NCBI GenBank assembly: GCA_965215335.1
Contig: CBDCDA010000002.1
Location: forward strand, 128,001 to 192,000
Direction: 5' to 3'
DNA: 64,000 bases
From: an uncultured Candidatus Entotheonella sp.
Lineage (GTDB): Bacteria > Tectomicrobia > Entotheonellia > Entotheonellales > Entotheonellaceae
Below are positions 61,458 through 64,000 of this stretch, piece after piece; the stretch's first letter is position 1, and each line of letters begins with the position of its first letter. The notes beneath the pieces are model-generated. The model saw nothing but the letters and a program-made list of their open reading frames with translations, had not been told where the DNA came from and did not search any database. Made by a program: the position numbers and the translations under genes.

Positions 61458-62795
61458 CTATCCGGTGTTGCCCACGACCGCGCCAATGGCCAGGCCGCTG
61501 CTCATGCTGTGCAAGCGCACCATTGCCATCCGGTTTGACAGGTCTTCCGACGCTTCGACGCCCACCTTGAGGTAGTTGTCACTGAAGCCGGTATACAGGC
61601 CCGAGTTCTCAAGGCGTTCGAACAATACCCGCACCGTCCTGCCCAGGTGCCCGCGATAAAACGCCGCCTTCTTGCGCGCGCTGATCTCCCTCAGGATGCG
61701 GCTGCGCGCCTGAACGTCGGTGGGCGGCACGTGCTCCGTATAGCGTTGGGCATACGTGTGCGGCCGCTCGGAGTATGAAAAAACGTGGCAATAGGCCAGC
61801 GGCAAGTCGGCCAACAGCAGGCGGGTGTTGACGAATGCGGCCTCGGCTTCGCCGGGGAAGCCCACCATCGCGTCTGTGCCCAGGCAGACGTCCGGCACGT
61901 GCTCCGCGATCCGTTCGACAAACGCTGCGAAGTCGGCCCGCGTGTAACGCCGCTTCATGCGCTGCAGCACGCCGTCGTCACCGCTTTGAAGGGGTACGTG
62001 CAGGTAGGGGCACAGCTTGGTCGAGGCCGCCATCCAATCGACCAGCCCCTCGGGAATGGTGGTCGGCTCGATGGAACTGATGCGGATGCGCTCAAGGCCG
62101 TCGACGTCTTCCAGCGCTCGGACAACCTGGAGAAGGTCATAGCCGTCGCTCGTGTACGTGCCGATGTTGACACCGGTGAGCACGATCTCCCGGTGCCCTC
62201 GCGCAGCCAGGCCGCGGGCTTCCTGGAGGATATCCGGGAATTTGCGGCTGCGCGCGCCGCCGCGGCTGAAAGGGATGATGCAAAAGGCGCAGGCGAAGTT
62301 GCAGCCATCCTGGATTTTCAGGTTGGCCCGCGTGCGATCGCCGTAATTGCCGACCATGTCCAGACTGAAATCATCGCGGACGATTTTGGGGGTGTGAACG
62401 ATGCGCGGCGAGGATTCCTTCTGCGGCGTGTCGATCAGGTCTGCGACTTGCATCTTGTGGGCCGTGCCGACGATCAGGTCGAGTCCGTCGATGCCTCGTA
62501 GCGCCTCCTTGCCCACCTGGGCATAGCATCCAGTGACGACCACGTAGGCGTTCGGCGAGCGGCGCAGCACGGTACGCACCGCTTGGCGGCACTTGGCCTC
62601 GGCACCTTCGGTAACCGAGCAGGTATTGATGACGCACACATCGGTGTCGGCGCCGTACTCGACGATGCGGTAGCCCCGGTTGGCGAACGTCGTGCTGATC
62701 GACGCCGTCTCGGCCTGATTGAGGCGGCAGCCCAGCGTGTGGAACGACGCTCGCAAGCCGTTGTCGGGGCTTACCCGACCGTCAGTTGTGCGCAT
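61458..62795 (-). CDS. mtaB: tRNA t6A37 methylthiotransferase
   Basis: TLGCRLNQAE, NTCSVT, TGCYAQ, QDGCNFACAFC radical SAM motif, RISSIEP. Confidence 0.92.
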   Translation of the reverse strand: MRTTDGRVSPDNGLRASFHTLGCRLNQAETASISTTFANRGYRIVEYGADTDVCVINTCSVTEGAEAKCRQAVRTVLRRSPNAYVVVTGCYAQVGKEALRGIDGLDLIVGTAHKMQVADLIDTPQKESSPRIVHTPKIVRDDFSLDMVGNYGDRTRANLKIQDGCNFACAFCIIPFSRGGARSRKFPDILQEARGLAARGHREIVLTGVNIGTYTSDGYDLLQVVRALEDVDGLERIRISSIEPTTIPEGLVDWMAASTKLCPYLHVPLQSGDDGVLQRMKRRYTRADFAAFVERIAEHVPDVCLGTDAMVGFPGEAEAAFVNTRLLLADLPLAYCHVFSYSERPHTYAQRYTEHVPPTDVQARSRILREISARKKAAFYRGHLGRTVRVLFERLENSGLYTGFSDNYLKVGVEASEDLSNRMAMVRLHSMSSGLAIGAVVGNTG

Positions 62796-62915
62796 TTCTT
62801 TCTCCTGAAGCCGTCCGGCTGTCGGCGTGTCGGCTTGCTCGTCATCTATGGGTGCGCTAGGCTTCTCACGCCACCGAACAGGACCTTGGATATTTCAACC
62901 AAGCGAGGAATCATT

Positions 62916-63830
62916 GTGCGGCATGCCACCCTCCGGCAAGTGCGTGTTCGCGTTCCGGCCACGACGGCCAACCTGGGTTGCGGGTTCGACGTCCTGGGAC
63001 TCGCGCTGCAAATCTATAATACCTTCAAGCTGACCCTGACGCCCGAGCCGGGTTGGCGCGTCACGCTACCGGACGGGGTCGATCTGCCGTCCGATGGCAA
63101 TAATTTGGTGTTCAGGGCCGCCCGCGACGTGTTTGCCAAGATCGGCGACAAGCCGGCGGGGTTGCACTTGGCGTTGGACATGGACATCCCGCTGGCGCGC
63201 GGCCTTGGCAGCAGTTCAGCGGCCATTGTCGGCGGCCTGCTCGCTGCCAACGCGCTGGCCGGCAATCCGCTGAAACGTGAGGCGTTGCTCGACATGGCCG
63301 TCGAGATAGAGGGGCACCCCGACAACGTCACTCCGGCGCTAATGGGCGGCCTGACCCTCTCCTACGCCGTCGACGAGTGCCATGCGTTCCTGCCCCTGGA
63401 CTTCCCGTCCGACCTGAGCCTGATCGTGGCCATTCCCGACTTTGAACTGCCGACCGCCAAGGCGCGTGCCGTGCTCCCCCGGCAGATCAGCCGGGCCGAC
63501 GCGGTGTTCAATTGCAGCCGCGCCGCCCTGCTCGTGGCGGCGCTTCAGATGAAGCGTTACGACCTCCTGCCCGCTGCCATGGACGATCGCCTGCATCAAC
63601 CCTTTCGCGCCGCCCTCGTTCCCGGCATGCAAGCCGCCATGGCTGCCGGCTATCGCGCCAAGGCGTTGGGGGTGGTGCTCAGCGGCGCCGGACCTACCCT
63701 GGTCGCTTTGGCCCGCTCCGACCCGCAGGCCGTCGCGTCGGCTGTCAGCGACGCCTTCGCGGCCCACCATGTTACGTGCCGGACTCAACTCGTACAAGCC
63801 GATATTGAAGGCGCTGTGGTCTTCTGGTAA
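62916..63830 (+). CDS. thrB: Homoserine kinase
   Basis: VPATTANLGCGFD, PLARGLGSSSAA, EGHPDN, DRLHQPFR, SGAGPT; GTG start after GAGG. Confidence 0.95.
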   Translation: MRHATLRQVRVRVPATTANLGCGFDVLGLALQIYNTFKLTLTPEPGWRVTLPDGVDLPSDGNNLVFRAARDVFAKIGDKPAGLHLALDMDIPLARGLGSSSAAIVGGLLAANALAGNPLKREALLDMAVEIEGHPDNVTPALMGGLTLSYAVDECHAFLPLDFPSDLSLIVAIPDFELPTAKARAVLPRQISRADAVFNCSRAALLVAALQMKRYDLLPAAMDDRLHQPFRAALVPGMQAAMAAGYRAKALGVVLSGAGPTLVALARSDPQAVASAVSDAFAAHHVTCRTQLVQADIEGAVVFW

Positions 63831-64000
63831 ACGGGGTCATCATACCTTTCGGTCAGCAGCAGCCCCTCCCTCAAGCGCTTGGTAGTTCTGACGCACTGCA
63901 AGCCCACGGCCCGCCCGCCTGTCTACGAGATCGCCAAGGCGGCACGTCGAAGCCGTGCCGCCGGGTTACGTGGCCTGGCGTCATTCCGGATACAAACCTT

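Noticed and set aside
63831..64000. Possible 3' end of a minus-strand gene at the right edge
   Set aside because: Only ~25 codons visible with no recognisable motif.

Overview
GC-rich chromosome segment from a diderm (LPS-making) bacterium; the gene order suggests a Nitrospinota/Tectomicrobia/deltaproteobacteria-like lineage, which is inference only. Most of the window is housekeeping: manC, valS, tRNA-His/Lys/Leu, tig-clpP-clpX, pepA, yceD-rpmF-plsX-fabD-fabG-acpP-fabF-rnc-ftsY-prfB (+1 programmed frameshift), lolCE-lolD-clpC-bamA-skp-lpxD-fabZ-lpxA-gnnA-like-lpxI-lpxB-DUF374-waaA, trxA, a 2-oxoacid dehydrogenase E1a/E1b/E2 cluster, tartrate dehydrogenase, purA, mtaB and thrB. The main accessory region is a ~9 kb restriction-like defence island directly after waaA (42.8-51.7 kb). 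It encodes a SNF2 helicase-DUF3883 nuclease, a DUF1156 adenine methyltransferase and a deleted, frameshifted DUF499 ATPase. The methyltransferase carries an in-frame palindromic repeat that also occurs intergenically at 57.8 kb. Other accessory items are an intact ISAs1 (17-bp IRs, 10-bp TSD), an internally deleted ISAzo13, a ~78-bp MITE-like element, a REP-like hairpin and a tandem tautomerase pair. All family assignments come from motif recognition by eye; no database searches were run.
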